Shown here in pieces: positions 22,526-34,885 of a stretch of 50,340 nt of DNA. This stretch comes from Emiliania huxleyi CCMP1516 (taxonomy: Eukaryota). Where the stretch lies: contig NW_005201231.1 in the NCBI RefSeq assembly GCF_000372725.1, positions 244,679 through 295,018 of the forward strand, written 5' to 3'. The notes beneath the pieces are model-generated. The model searched no databases. It was given only the letters and a program-made list of their open reading frames with translations, and was not told where the DNA came from. The first letter of the stretch is position 1; every line of letters starts with the position of its first letter. Position numbers and translations under genes: made by a program.

Positions 22526-22707
22526 CGCGGCGCGGTGCGGCGGCGTCACAAATCCGACGGCAGAGCACCGGGACGCGGGCGAGTGATCTGAGGTCCAACT
22601 AGGCGTATGCATTGCTCATCCAGGGCTATCACCTGGACCTATCAACAGGCGCCTGCGGCGCCGTGGTCAGGAGGTGTTGTTCACACCTGCCCAACCATTC
22701 ATACAGC
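22526..22707. repeat. Dispersed repeat, inverted homolog of ~5505-5687
   Basis: Shared blocks CCGCGGCGCGGTGCGGCGGCGTCACAAATCCGACG, CCAACTAGGCGTATG, CCAGGGCTATCACCTGGACC and GAGGTGTTGTTCACACCTG. Confidence 0.8.
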
Positions 22708-22833
22708 ACAGTATACCAGCACATGTACAGGGTTGCGATTGGGATGTGGAGATCTCATTTTTTGAGCTAGATCTAGCCTTCGTATGAAACAAAAGCAAGG
22801 CGGACATGGCAGATCGCTCTCGGGCCCACAGAC

Positions 22834-22930
22834 GGCTAGCACCACACTCCTCTCCTTAAAATCCCTGTGTGGTGGCGGCGTGCCGTCCTCCCATCCCTCC
22901 TTCGGGTTGTCTGTTTTCTTTCTTTCTTTT
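22834..22930 (+). mobile_element. 5'-truncated retroposon with (TTTC)n tail
   Basis: 16-bp TSD TCTCGGGCCCACAGAC (22818-22833, 22931-22946); same family as 6455-6582. Confidence 0.85.
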
Positions 22931-24411
22931 TCTCGGGCCCACAGACATCCCGCACACCCGCCGCCCCCGCGCGCGCCCCACCCCGGCCGGGAGAAAGGGG
23001 AGTGACAGTTTGGGACGGCGACAGACGAGATACCTCGCACTCCAGAGAACGCAGAGAAAGTCCGGCTCATGCGCCCCAAGCTGACCATCTACCGCACTGC
23101 ACACTTCCGCCCCCTCGCTCCCAACCCATCCACCTCGCCGAGTCTGCACCCGGCCGCCAAGCGAAAAATTCTTTTCTCGGATCGTGTTGCAAGTCCCAAA
23201 AAGGCACGTGTGGGTCGTGAACTGGCCGGAAGGTCCCAGTCATTGGAAAAAGAAACAAACCGGCGCCGCGCAGTCGAGCACAGTGCGGGGTGTGGACCCT
23301 GAGTTGACCAGGGGTTGTGCGCTGGGCTCTCCTGCTCGGCTCCAGCCAGTAGACAAGTCTTGTCATCAACAGAGTAGAAGGATCTGACCTCGGGGCCGAT
23401 GTGACCAAGCGCTGGTAGCGTGGTTTAACCTCACACCCATGGTCTCACAGTGTGCCGGCAGTCGCCGAGCAGTGTCGCTCACACAAGCCGCAGCACAAGT
23501 GACTGAAGGCCAGTGAGGGCGAGCCCATCGCTGTCACAGCTGTGGCAGCCGCACAGTAGGCTGTGTCAACTGTGCAGAGTGTGTGAACAGCAGAGGAGCT
23601 GCTCTCCAAGCCAAAGAGCTGCATGCCGCCGATGGGAGGCGCTGTCGAGGTTCGCCGAGCGCGGCGCAGGTTGGAGGACACCGTCACCGACGAGCGCGTT
23701 GGACTTTTCACTCCGGACAAAAAACGCGGCACAGCGGACGGTGCGGGGCGTGCCGCAAACTTAGCGGCGAGGCGCGGGACCGTCTGTGGCGAAGTGGGTC
23801 GCGTCCTCCGATTTCCTCAACTCACGGTCCACTCCCTATCTCTGTCCCTCGTTTCGGTTGTTGGTTTTCTTTTTAAATTCTTCTTTTTCGGGAGAGGCTT
23901 CTCCGACCTTGGTTGGTGTACGTGCGCGCCCCGTAGTCCCCGTGGTGCGTGGATTCGGTCTCACTACACCGTGCGTGAGTTCTTGAGCACTCCAAGTAAA
24001 AAAGTAAAAAAAAAGTGCTCCCTAACCTAAGTGCTCCATCCAACATCTCTACAGGGTACAGCGCTGTACACTCTACACCCTCTACACCCCCCCTCAGGGC
24101 TCGACTGCGTGACTGAACTCGTGGCTGGGACCACTAGACAAGCGGCGCGGCGTGTGCTTGCCGCCAAACATACAGCCCAGGCGCACAGACAGGTCAGCTA
24201 GCGAACGGGCTGGCTGGCTGGCTGGCCCAATCACAGCTATCACCTCGACCCAGCTCGACCGTCATGTTGAGGTCGCCAGGCACATGCTGCTAGTGGGTGA
24301 CGGGGTGTGGGTCGGTACCAAGTGTGCAACAGCGACTAGACGTCGCCGGGGAGCAAGACTCCATCGACCCTAGACAGAGGTCTAAATCGCAACCGCGCCC
24401 TCGCTCGACTC

Positions 24412-26072
24412 TCAGTTCTTGTCCTCGTTGTCGGGGTCCCAAGGGTCCAGGTAGACGTTCCAGTTAATGGCGTTGCCCCACTCGTCGTGCGAGGCCTTCT
24501 TGTTCGCCTTCTCGACCTGCAGCTTGCGGCGGCGGTCCTCGTTGCATCCGGTCAGCCAGCCCTTGTGCTCGCAGAAGGACTCCGAGAAGCGGCAGATGCT
24601 CTTGCAGACGTCGGTCTCCTCCTTGTAGGCCTCAAAGTTCCAGATGGCGCGGTCGGGCATCGGGTCGTCCATCATGTACGGCGGAATGTACGGCTCCAAG
24701 CCGAAGTCGGTGGGCACGTGCTGGCTAGACGAGCTAGGGTCGCAGGCCGAGGCGAGCCCGGGCTCACGGCCCGGCGGGAAGGGCGGGCCGTCGGCTGTGT
24801 TGACCTCAGGGCAGGTCTCGACGGTCCAGCCCTCGTAGTAAGAGGCGGGGCAGCGCGTGCGGCCCTCGAAGGCGGACTTGATCGCCATCTCGTTTGGCCG
24901 AATCGAGAGGATCTCCTTGATCGGCTCGTACTCCTGGATGGCCGCGCCCACCGCGAAGTTGAGGTAGTCCTTAAACGGCAGCGCTGTGAGGGTCGCGTAC
25001 GCGCCGGCGATCGTCCCGCCGTGCGTGTGCATGCAGGGCATCTCCTTCATGTAGTCCATAACAAAGGTCTGGGGGGGGGGGGGGGGGGGGAACCCCCTGG
25101 GCATTTTTTCGAACGGGAACCCCCCCTAACTCATCACCTGGGGGACCACCGGGGAAGGGACTTTCTTCTTTCTCTTTTAAAAAAAGAATTTGCCCTACAA
25201 AGGCGGCTCCTCCGGGATTTGGGGGGGGGCCCTCCTCCCAAAGGGGATGCACATGAGCGGACCCTTGGACTCGCCGGCGGCAAGCAGCTCGTCGTACTCG
25301 GCGGCGGTGGTGAGGGCCGAGTCGTAGAGTGGCGTCGTCACAAAGGCGAGGTAGGGGTCGAACTCCTCAAGGCGCTCCTTGAAGGCGGTCACGACCGTCA
25401 CGCAGCTGACGGTCTTGCTCTGGATGAGCGAGGCGAGATCGGTCAACGGCATGTAGTAAAGGTCCGAGGGCCCGGTGTACGCCACTGCGGTGGGCAGGTC
25501 GAAGGTGACGTCCTCCGGCGAGTTGGACGTGGTTGGGAAGTCGATCATCTCCTTCACCAGCGTCAGGTCGTCGTTGCGGTAGAGGTAGGAGGTGGCCTCG
25601 GGCGACACGGCGTTGTAGATGGTCTCGGTGATCTTGTCAATCTTCACCGTCTCGGTCACGTGCCACGAATCCTCGTCCCAGAACTTTGAGATGAGGGCGT
25701 CTGTCCAGAAACGGGCAGCCGCGCGTGAGCAGCAGGTACGATCTAGGCTCATGGTAGGACGTCGTGGGGTTTAAGATCTAGTATCGCGGTACCATTCGGC
25801 GGGACGCCCGTGCGCCACGCCTCCATTCCTGTCATGTGCGACATGATCTTGAGAACATACGAGTTCAGCTCTGGAGTGCTGTTGATCACCGCCTTGGCGA
25901 CGGTCTCAACGCTGTCCTCGCCGAAATTGGCGCTCACAGCAGCAAAGTCTTCGATGAGCCCGCTAACCATACGAGCGGTCATGTCCTCCAGCGTGTTCGG
26001 CGCGCTGGCAAAGGCATCGACGTTGGCGATGCCCAACAGGCCGAGTAGGAGGGGCGTGCGTGCGACGAACAT
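24412..26072 (-). CDS. Secreted amidase-signature family protein; catalytic core missing or garbled at ~25070-25240; predicted intron 25701-25792
   Basis: Signal-peptide-like start MFVARTPLLLGLLG; amidase N-terminus LASLIQSKTVSCVTVV...ALTTAAEYDELLAAGESKGPLMCIPFG; then homopolymer-rich low-quality sequence and a C-terminal ORF. Confidence 0.65.
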
Positions 26073-26324
26073 CTGTGCGCCGCAAGCGCACGAAGGGTGA
26101 CTTGGATGGGGGTACAGAGGGGTGCAACTCACAAGACGCTGAACACAAAAGAATTCAACAAACAGAACTCTCTCGCACAGCACACAGGTTCGACACAGGT
26201 ACCAAAAGAGGCACAGCCTGCGACGGACCTTTAGAAGGCGCCGTCGTCCTCATGGAGGTGGGCACGATCGGGGGGACAGTCGAATCCGCGAGCACCGTAG
26301 TGCTCGCCGAAAAGACCATCCCCA

Positions 26325-27140
26325 TCATCCCAACCCCCGGCGACCCCCTCGCCGCTTGCCCCGCCAGCGGGCACTGCGCGACCCACCCCCGCGCCCTCGA
26401 CCGCGCCCCCCGCCAGGAGCATATCGCATCACCACCGCCCGATCCTCGTCGAAGAGCAGAATCTTTCCCGCCTTCACCAGCTCCTTCCACCCCTCCGTGT
26501 CCTGCAACGTCGTGGCGCCAGCCCATAGCTCCGGCCCTCCGTCGCAACATCCCGGCCCCTGTTCCGGCATAGCGTCCAAAGCCGCCCTAACCCTAGGGCA
26601 GCGCGCCGCGTCCCATGCCGCCTTCTCAGCCGCCTGGATAGCCGCCCACTGGGCAACCGAGTAGTGGGAGGGGCGAGATTGGCGAGCAGTGGGAGGGCCG
26701 TCCGGCTCGGCGCCGCGCGCCGCGCCCGAAACCGCCCCCGCTGCCTCCTCCTCGACCTCCTCGTCGGTTGCCGTGCCCACCGCATGCTCCTGGGACCTCG
26801 CAAAAGAAGAATGAGTCCAGACTCCGACCCCCGCCGCAACGTTCGGAGACTGCGGTGTGGGTTCTCGCGCAGCTGCGCGTGCGGGTAGTCCGCACGCTCA
26901 GCCTCGCTCGCAGCCGCCGCCGCAGCCTTCTCCGCCTTGTTCGCCTTCTGCCGGGCCTTTTTGGCCCTGCGAGCCGCGGCCCGAGCATCCTTCTGCTCCT
27001 CCGTCAGCTCCTCCTTCCGCGGCGCGGTGCGCTCGACGAACGAGCGCTCCGCCGCCTGCACCGGCTCGCGGTCGCCCGCGGCCTTCTCGTGCTTCAGGTC
27101 GAAGGTCGCCGTCCCGTAGCCAGGGACCTCATACCTGAGC
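26325..27140 (-). CDS. Hypothetical protein fragments (basic helical region; RGG-rich C-terminus)
   Basis: ORFs 26474-27193 and 26325-26780 have protein-like segments; no domain recognised. Confidence 0.3.
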
Positions 27141-28030
27141 TGCGACACATGCCTAAAAAAACCCAGGCAGGCAGGCAGGCCAGTAATAACCAAGCTTTTT
27201 TTCAGTGTATGTAGCTCTTACGTACATTCCCGGAGGAGGACTGCTGACGGGGTTTGCGATGAGGAGCGATCCGAACGTGGTATTCGGGTGATCAGATCAC
27301 TACCGCCGAAACGCAAGAGCACTGCGACGCATCGGGCTCATGCTAGCATCCACCTCGCGAGCCGACCGTCTGGCTCAGCGAGGCTGCTGCGGAGCACTCG
27401 CGGGCCGATTTCTGGCCCCCAGCGAGGCCGCTCGGTTCGCTCCTCAACGCAAACCCGGTCGAGTGAGCTTTTTTTGCGAAACCTTCTCCATCCAGCACCT
27501 CCTTACCACAGCTAGAGTAAGAGAACTAAAAGGGAACCCGTAGTGGTGATATACACAAACGGAAACAGGAAAACACTGCGGGGTTGTGCTTGTGGGGCTG
27601 AAAATGGGAACCGAACGGCCGCGAGCGTGTGGGAGTGCGTTGCGCTTGCCGAGCCTACTGTACGAGCTACGAGCTACGACGGGTTGCGACCAGAACAGTG
27701 GCCAGATACGCGGGGTCGCCGACAATCACAAGAGCTCTTTCGTAAAGCCGTAGGGGGGGCACTTGACCGGACTTGACCTGACGGTCACGTGCCCCCCCCC
27801 TTTGGTGGGGGGCTAGCTACTGCGAGGTCCACCATCTGTGCACGCAATCCATGACGGTTTCACAGCTATCACCGCTAGCTCTAGCGCAGCTACTGCGGGG
27901 TCCACCGTCTGTGCACTGTTGCGAGGACAGCGAAGAGGCACTGGCACTGGGGCACTGCACTGAGCTCTGTGCACTCGAGTCGCTTAGGCGTTGGCGGCTG
28001 TCCAGTGCCCGACGACTGCCCAGTGCAGTG

Positions 28031-29670
28031 TCAGCTGAACTTGACCGTCGCCGCTCCGGGCGCCTAGAAAAGGACGGTGCGGACGATAAGGAAGAAGCGT
28101 GTGTGAAGAGGTGTCCCCCCGCCGCGCCGCCTCGCGCGCCGCGGCGAGCAGCGCGTCCAGCACCGGCTGTGAGGCGTGGTGGAAGACGGCGAGGTGGAAG
28201 GGAAAACTGCCCGTGTGCTCGTCCTGCCGTGGCCAGCGGCAGGCGTGGGCAGGAGAGGGCAGAAGGGAGTGGTGGCCCCGTGCGTGCGCGTCCTGCTGCG
28301 CAGCGCTCGGCTCGCGCGCTATCAGACTCAGCGCCGCCTCCTCGCCTGCCGCACCTAGCGACCACGCAATCTGGGGTGAGCTCGCCCAACCGACGAGGAC
28401 GCCCCGTCCACCTCCTCGCCCGCCGCGCCCAACCGCAGCAGCTGCGGCAGCGTCCAGCTCCCGTCGCCGCGGGGCGGGTGCGCCTTGGAGAGCAGGCCCG
28501 CCACTTACAAGCGCTGTTCAGCTACTATTACTGCTACTACTGTCATTATTGTGCGCCTCGGAGAGCAGGGCCGCCACTTATTGGAATCGCTGTGATTATT
28601 CTGCTACTGTTCCTATTCCCATTGTGCGCCTCGGAGAGCAGGGCCGCCACCGCAGGCACTCGGCCACCCGCGCGCCTCGCCTCGCCCCCGCCGGCGCCCG
28701 CCTGGCCGCTGTCGCCGTGGCTCGCGTAGTGCAGAGGGAGGGAGAACGTGCGGTCCTCGGTCGAGGCGGCGGCGGGCAGGGCCGAGAGCCTACGTGCTGA
28801 ATACGCCGACCTCAGGGCGGGAGGACGGTATTGTGCAGTGTGTTCAGAGCACCGCGTGAATACAACGGAGACGAATACAGTGAATCCGTATTCCGCTTCT
28901 AGGGCCGAGAGCAGCGCGCGCACGACGGCGGTGGGCGAGGCGTGGAGTGCGGCGAGGTGGAGGGGCAGCTTCCCGTCCTTCCGCGGCGCGGCGGCGCTCT
29001 GAGGCGCGGACTGCAGCAACAGCTTCACCGCGTGCACGCTCGCGCGCGCAGACGCGGCGGCGAGGTGCAGCGGCGTGCTGCCGTCGTGCGTCCTCGCGGC
29101 GGCGGAGGTAGTGTCCGCCTCTAGCAGCCGCTGCAGCAGGTCGAGCGGCGCCGCGTGGTTCGCCGCCGCACAGTGCAGCGGTAGCCTCGCCCCTTTCCCG
29201 GCAGACCTCGCCGCCGCCGGGTGCGCCTCGAGCAGAGCGCTACACACCCCGGCGCTCGCGCCGGCCACTGCAGCGACATGCAACGGCAGAAGGCGGCCGG
29301 GACCCCAGGTGCGCGGCGCGGCGGCGTTCGCCTGGACGATGGCCCGCACCGTCGCCTCCGACGCCCGCCGCTGCAGCGCGACGTGCAGCAACAGCCGGCC
29401 CGCCGCATCGGGCTCGGCCGCCTCTGACGGAGCAGCGCGCAGGCGAGTCGCAATCGCGCGCGCAGGTGCGCGGTGCTCGAGCAACACGTCGCACGGCACG
29501 GCGGCTTGCCACGCGCTCGACGACAGCACGTTCCGCGCGGCGAGGCGCCAGGCTCGTGCGACGCGGCGGACCGCCAGCACCGTGCCGATCGGCAGAAGAG
29601 CGATGACGGCCTCCAGCGGGTCGCCCTCGAGAAGCACACGGTCATTAATTGCCTCAATCGAAGCCTCCAT
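28031..29670 (-). CDS. F-box-like / ankyrin-repeat protein; predicted introns 28790-28912, 28484-28629, 28346-28419, 28224-28292, 28064-28139
   Basis: N-terminal LEAVIALLP...VRRVARAWR (F-box-like); ankyrin motifs LLHVAL, LPLHVAA, LPLHCAA, TPLHLAA, LPLHLAA, LPLHYA, FPFHLA; frame is maintained through the predicted junctions. Confidence 0.75.
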
Positions 29671-31006
29671 GGTACAGCTTGGGCGATTGCACAGCGGGCG
29701 CGGGGTGGAAGCTTGGGTAAACGGGCTCAACGGGCTTGAAGCCAGCGAACGCCCGGTTTGTCTTGTGCGTGCTGGGCTGTGTGTGGCACTACCTCCGCGC
29801 CGATTTTCTTTTTTCAGGGTGTGCGTTGAAGTAAACTTAGGTGTATTGTTGGCAGACAAGACTCAGAGCTCACACAGAATCACAGCGGGAGGAAAGCGGC
29901 GAGTCGCAATTCCAGGGGTCGTTGTGGCGGGCCACCCTGTCCAGAGAGGCATGGATGCCAATCTGGGGTCTCTCGACCGAGTCTGATTTCGCCTCGCCGC
30001 CTCCCGGTGGTGGCTGTAGAGCCAAAGCGGCGGAGATGGCGGGGGAGGGCGGGGGATCGAGGAAAGCACGACTCGCACCGACCCTTCACGAACCGAAAGG
30101 CTGCACCCGGGGAAGGCACAGTAATCCCCGGGCACGTGTTGGGCGCCCCGTTCCGTCTGGGGCTAGGTCGGCTCAGGGCCCCGTAAAAAGAATTGAAATG
30201 CACTCTCTCTCCCTGTCGACATTGTCCCGATTTGCTGCTCTGGCTCATTCCCTGCGTCGCGAAGGGGCTCCTGGTAGGTTTTCGCCACAGCGCCGCCCTT
30301 CGGCTTGGCGAATATGGCGACCGTGCTTGACGGTCCGCAAATGTTCCTTCTCCCGCTGCGCGACATCGAGGCGGGTGAGGAGCTCACGCATTACTACAAT
30401 TTGGGTTCCCTCCTCCGCCACGTGCGTGAAGAGAAGAATAGGATGTAGCGTTGAATGAGTATAGGATGTAGCGCTATGTAGCGCTGAATATTTATGATAA
30501 TGAGAAAATGGTGACCACGCGTTATATTGTCGGAAACTCATTGTCGGAGCCAACCCTCGGAGAGTATTCTCATCATATACATCATACTAGCTAGTGTCGT
30601 GTCCACTAGCTCCGAGTAGGTGCGTTCTGCTGCTAGGGGAAACTCAGAGCGCGGTATACTTACTATCTATCCCTCGGAGACCGTGTTATGGATGGCCCTG
30701 CGACTGCGCACCCCCCCCCTAGGGCTAGGGCTCTCTAGCCCGTAACCCGATGCCAATCGTCTGGCCCGCTGGGTGCGCTTCTTAGCTCCCCCCGGCCCTG
30801 GGCGTGCGGTTAAATGACTGCACTCCAAGTGCTCCAAGTCTCCGGCGCGACCGCGTGCGCTTTAGAGCGCAATTAGAGAAGGCTGCAAAGTATTTTACGC
30901 AACGAAGGCCTCTCTAGCCGTCAGTGAGAACTATTCTCGAGGTCTCGAGGGATTAAAATACGGTTTCGCCGGCGCCGTTACGCGTTCCCTCACGGTGTGT
31001 TGGGCC

Positions 31007-32848
31007 ATGCCGTCTGCAAAGGTCGCTCCTTCACTGCCTGGAGATGCGCCGGCTGCTGAGGATGAGTGCACCTTCAACTTCATCAACGCCCAGTTTCTCC
31101 GCGACTACGGCGGGAAGAACCTGCCATTCTTCCAAGAGCTTCGGGCGAGGCACAAGGACCAGATAGTCGAGCAGACGATGACGTATACCGACGTCGTGCA
31201 GGGCAAGTTCCGCGACGACCTGTTGTCCGTCTCGCATCGTTGGATGCAGGGGGACGAGCCTGATCCAGATGGTGAGCAGCTCAAGGCCATCCAGGAGTTC
31301 CTGCGCGAGGATCCAAAGGGAAAGGAGATAAAGTACGTGTGGATGGACTCGGTGAGTATGCCGCAAGACCAGCCCAAGGGCACCATCAAAGACGCTGATA
31401 AGACGGCGTTCAAGAAGATGCTCGCGGAGGTGTGCGCTGTGCGCGCGCGCAATGGCACCGCGGTTCCATGGGACTGACTCGGATCACGGCCACCCTCGCC
31501 GCAGGTCAACATGCTGTACCTCGGCACGACTGTCCTCATCCTCCTCGACCGCTCGTACACCTCGCGCTTCTGGACGCAGTTCGAGGCGTGGCTCTCCATG
31601 CAGCAGGCGTTGCCAGGAGGACTCAGGTCGAGTGTTGGAACGCAGGGTGAGCGCTTCCACATCAAGTGCATTCAGAACGCCGTCGAGCAGGCGGATCAGC
31701 ACGCGCAGACGCTCAAAAACGACTGGGCGAATAAGACGCCAGACGACGCACATGCCATCCTCTCGAAGCCCGACATTAGTGTCACCAACCAAAAGGACAA
31801 GGATGGCCAGCTGCCTAAGATCAAGGCCCTCAACACGACGGTGCAGGCCGCCTTTATCCGTATCAAGCAGCAGAGGGACAAGGTGGAGCGAGAGGCGAGG
31901 GACGCTGAGACGGCGCTGGACGACGCGGCGGCGGACCTTGAGGCGTGCATGCAGAAATTGAAGACCGAGAAGCTGGAGCACGAGCGCCTCGCGGCCGCTG
32001 TGCAACAGGCAAAGGAGGAGCTGGAGGCCTGCAAGAAGCACGGGTGTGCCACGGACCTTCCTCGGCTGAAAGAGGAGATGGCCAAAGCGGTCAAGGAAGA
32101 GGACTACGACAGAAAGGATGTCCTGAAGGAGAAGATCAGCGCCATCTCCGGTATCGAGCCCGCAGCCGCGAAGGTTGAGAAGGCCGAGGCGGAGCTTTCC
32201 GAGCAGCGGAAAACGTTGGATCAGGCGGAGGACGAGAAGGCGGATCTCCAGATTGCGCACCGCGCCTCTTCCCGGCGGCTCACGGAGGCGCAGAACGAGG
32301 CAGCCAAGGTCCGCAAAGAAGCGGAGCAGCAGCAGACGACGTCCGGGCTGGCTACTAAGCCCGTGCCAGCGCGCAAGCTCGCTCCCGACGCCCGCTCGGA
32401 CGACCAATCGAATGGGCAGCCTGCTCCCGCAAAGATGATGCGCGACGATCTCGACCCCGTGCGTCAGAGCAAAGGGCTGCACATGGAGGCGGACGGCGAG
32501 TTCCCGGGCATGATCTCTGCCGAGAAGCTCGACGGGTGCTGGTGGTCGGCGATGCCCTTCCCACCGTTCATCATCCCGCATATGTGCATCAACCGCGTGT
32601 CGCAGGGACCGCACGAGTACAAGCAGTTTATCTGCATGCACGTGGTGGGCCCCATCTTCATCCCGATCAACAACGTGCGCCGGCGCAAGAAGAAGAGCAA
32701 CGACTTCGCGCTGGTAGGAAACGCCGAGTACAGCGTGGTTAAAATGGACGATTTCGACCACTCGACCAGCTCGTGGTGTGGCACGTGGGCCGGCGGGGCT
32801 TTCTTCCAGATCAAGCTTTGCGGGAAGGACCCGCCGCCGCGCTACTAA
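31007..32848 (+). CDS. HET-domain-like protein with coiled coil and UVR-like motif; predicted intron 31430-31504
   Basis: LSVSHRW...PDPDG, YVWMDSVSMPQ, VNMLY and YTSRFWTQFE match HET-domain motifs; EMAKAVKEEDYD resembles the UvrB/C motif. Confidence 0.75.
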
Positions 32849-33881
32849 AGTGCTCGTAGAGCGTAGTTTTTGCATACGCCGCAGTGTATGTTTCTCGGCG
32901 CCACACGCGAATTGCGCGCAGCGACGCGGTGGTAGCTGGTACGTTACGTCACTAAAAGGCACGCTCACGCTGCTCAGAGCTCACACAGCTCGCAGCCTGC
33001 GCCTCGACGGCGCGCACGCGGCACGGGCGGCTTCGGGCTTCGCTCGCTCGGCCTGCTCGCCCGCCCCCCGCTTCTCCCAGCAAGCCCCACCGCCCTGCCC
33101 GCCCCTCGCGCCTCGGAGCCCTCCTCCACTGCTCCTTTTGTGTTTCCCCTCCTGCTCGATCGGCGTAGGCCCGGTCAATCACAGACCGTGGGTCCCCACG
33201 CCACCCCCTCGGCCGGCGTGTCGAGCCGGGTTGCGCACGCCCTCTCAGTTGTCCCTCTGGCCATCCACGTAGGCGCAGCAGAGGCCGCCGCAGAGCCGCG
33301 GGAAGAAGGTGCAGGTCTGCCAACAGTCGGCGGGGCCGAAGGAGCTGCAGCAGCTCTTGAGGCAGCCTAGAAGCGGTGAGCCGCGGCACGAGATCACCCG
33401 AGATTGCCCGAGAGAGAGAGAGCACGCGTCACCCGGCGCTGCGGGTCTTGAGGGTGCCTCCAAGCAGGTTGCCTATAGCCTCTTCGGACCCCATGCTTCG
33501 CTCATGCTTACCTGTGAATCACGCCCGCTGTGAAAACATTTTGCGGGGGATTTTTTCGCCAGTCAATAGAGCATGAAAATACCTTTCAAACGGTACCTTT
33601 CTGTCCTCCAGAGTCGAAGAACTCGTCCGGTGGCTGGCCGCCAAAGTGCTGGACGCGCACACTGGTGAGCGCGGAGCACACTGAGGGAGCTGTCCTCGGC
33701 GCAGCCGATCGGCTCCCGCGGCCTGGATGGTGGCAGTGGCACTCTCTGAGGCTCCCTGATTTTTTCTGGTATTTGTTGAGCACTCTCTGGTCACCTTCGC
33801 CGGGCGAGCCTGGCTCTCGCTGCACAGCGGCGCGACCCGCGGTGAGGCTGCCGATCATCGAACTGAGAGACCGCATGTAGG

Positions 33882-34030
33882 GCGCGGCGGGCACGTCGGG
33901 GCTGCTCGCCTCGAGCCTTTGGCCTGAGGCCGTCTCTAGCTGTGAACAGCAAATTCCATCTTTATTTTTTCTCAACTCCCGTCCCGTCGAAAAGGCCTCG
34001 GGCCGGCTTTCCCGTGCTGCCGGCCGCCGC
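33882..34030. repeat. Dispersed repeat; empty-site homolog of 45301-45540
   Basis: GCGCGGCGGGCACGTCGGGGCTGCTCGCCTCGAGCCTTTGGCCTG...CTCTAGCTGTGAA...CCCGTGCTGCCGGCCGCCGC is present at both loci. Confidence 0.85.
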
Positions 34031-34309
34031 ATCCCGCCGCCCATCTTCGGCCACGCGTATTCTTTTTCCTATTTGCAAAATTCTTTTTCTCCGCCTTCGG
34101 CAACACCGAGGCGTTCTACCGGAACATGGTCGAGGGGCATGGCGCATGGGCCCTACCGCGCGGAGGGAGAGGGAGGCGAGGGGGAGGGGGAGGGGGATGG
34201 AGGGGAGTGTGAGGGGTATGGGGGCGAGGGAATGGAGGGAGAGAGGAAGAGCCAAGGAAGGGCGAGAGGGGGAAGGGGACTGGTCGATGGCATACTAGGG
34301 GGGGCAGGG

Positions 34310-34845
34310 TAGTGGGCGGCGATCGCCGCATACCGTCCTATGGCGGCGAGTATCGCTACGCCAGGGAGGACAAGGACGTCGACGTGCGGCTGCTGCTGTT
34401 CGAGTCGTTCGGTGGGTTTGGGAAGGGGGTCGGCGAGATCCTCTGGGGGGCGGCGAACGTGCTGCAGAACAAGCTGACGCGGGCCCAGTACCTCGATGAG
34501 GTGACTTGGACCACAAAGAGCTGGCTGGGGCTGCAGAAACAGCGCATCTCAGTCGTTCTTCACACGGCCATCGCAGAGCAGATTGTGAATGAGCTTGCCT
34601 GCGGCGAGGGCGGTCGAGTGCACGGAGCTAAGTGCCTCGCCGTCCTCGCGGGAGTCGCTTAGGCGGCTCCAGTGGTGTACCTGTGTTAGTGCCAGTGCGC
34701 GCCAGTCCCGTGCTTAGTGTTGTGCGAGGGAGTTTTGTGAGTGAGTATTCTTGATACGAAACCACGACGACGCACACCAGTCGACTCGCATCGGTTGCCT
34801 CCATTAACGGCGGAGCTATTCTCGCGCCCACACACACACACACAC
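34310..34845 (+). mobile_element. 3' fragment of a non-LTR retrotransposon (restriction-like endonuclease C-terminus, CRE/R2-type) with (CA)n tail
   Basis: ORF end LLFESFGGFG...QRISVVLHTAIA resembles RLE C-termini; the 3' UTR plus CA tail recurs inverted at 43001-43153. Confidence 0.65.
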
Positions 34846-34885
34846 GGGGGGAGGGCAGTTTTTTCGTTAAATTCTTTTCCTCGCG

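Noticed and set aside
25070..25240. Novel insertion or natural deletion in the amidase
   Set aside because: Homopolymer-rich text that still echoes amidase sequence looks like a low-quality read end at a mis-join.
24487..25689. Long antisense or overlapping ORFs (also 31484-32968, 41011-42216, 10609-11937)
   Set aside because: Shadow ORFs caused by high GC codon bias opposite real genes.
27753..27800. GC-rich hairpin GGGGGGCAC.TGACCG...CGGTCA.GTGCCCCCC
   Set aside because: Single short instance with no supporting context for an RNA gene or element end.
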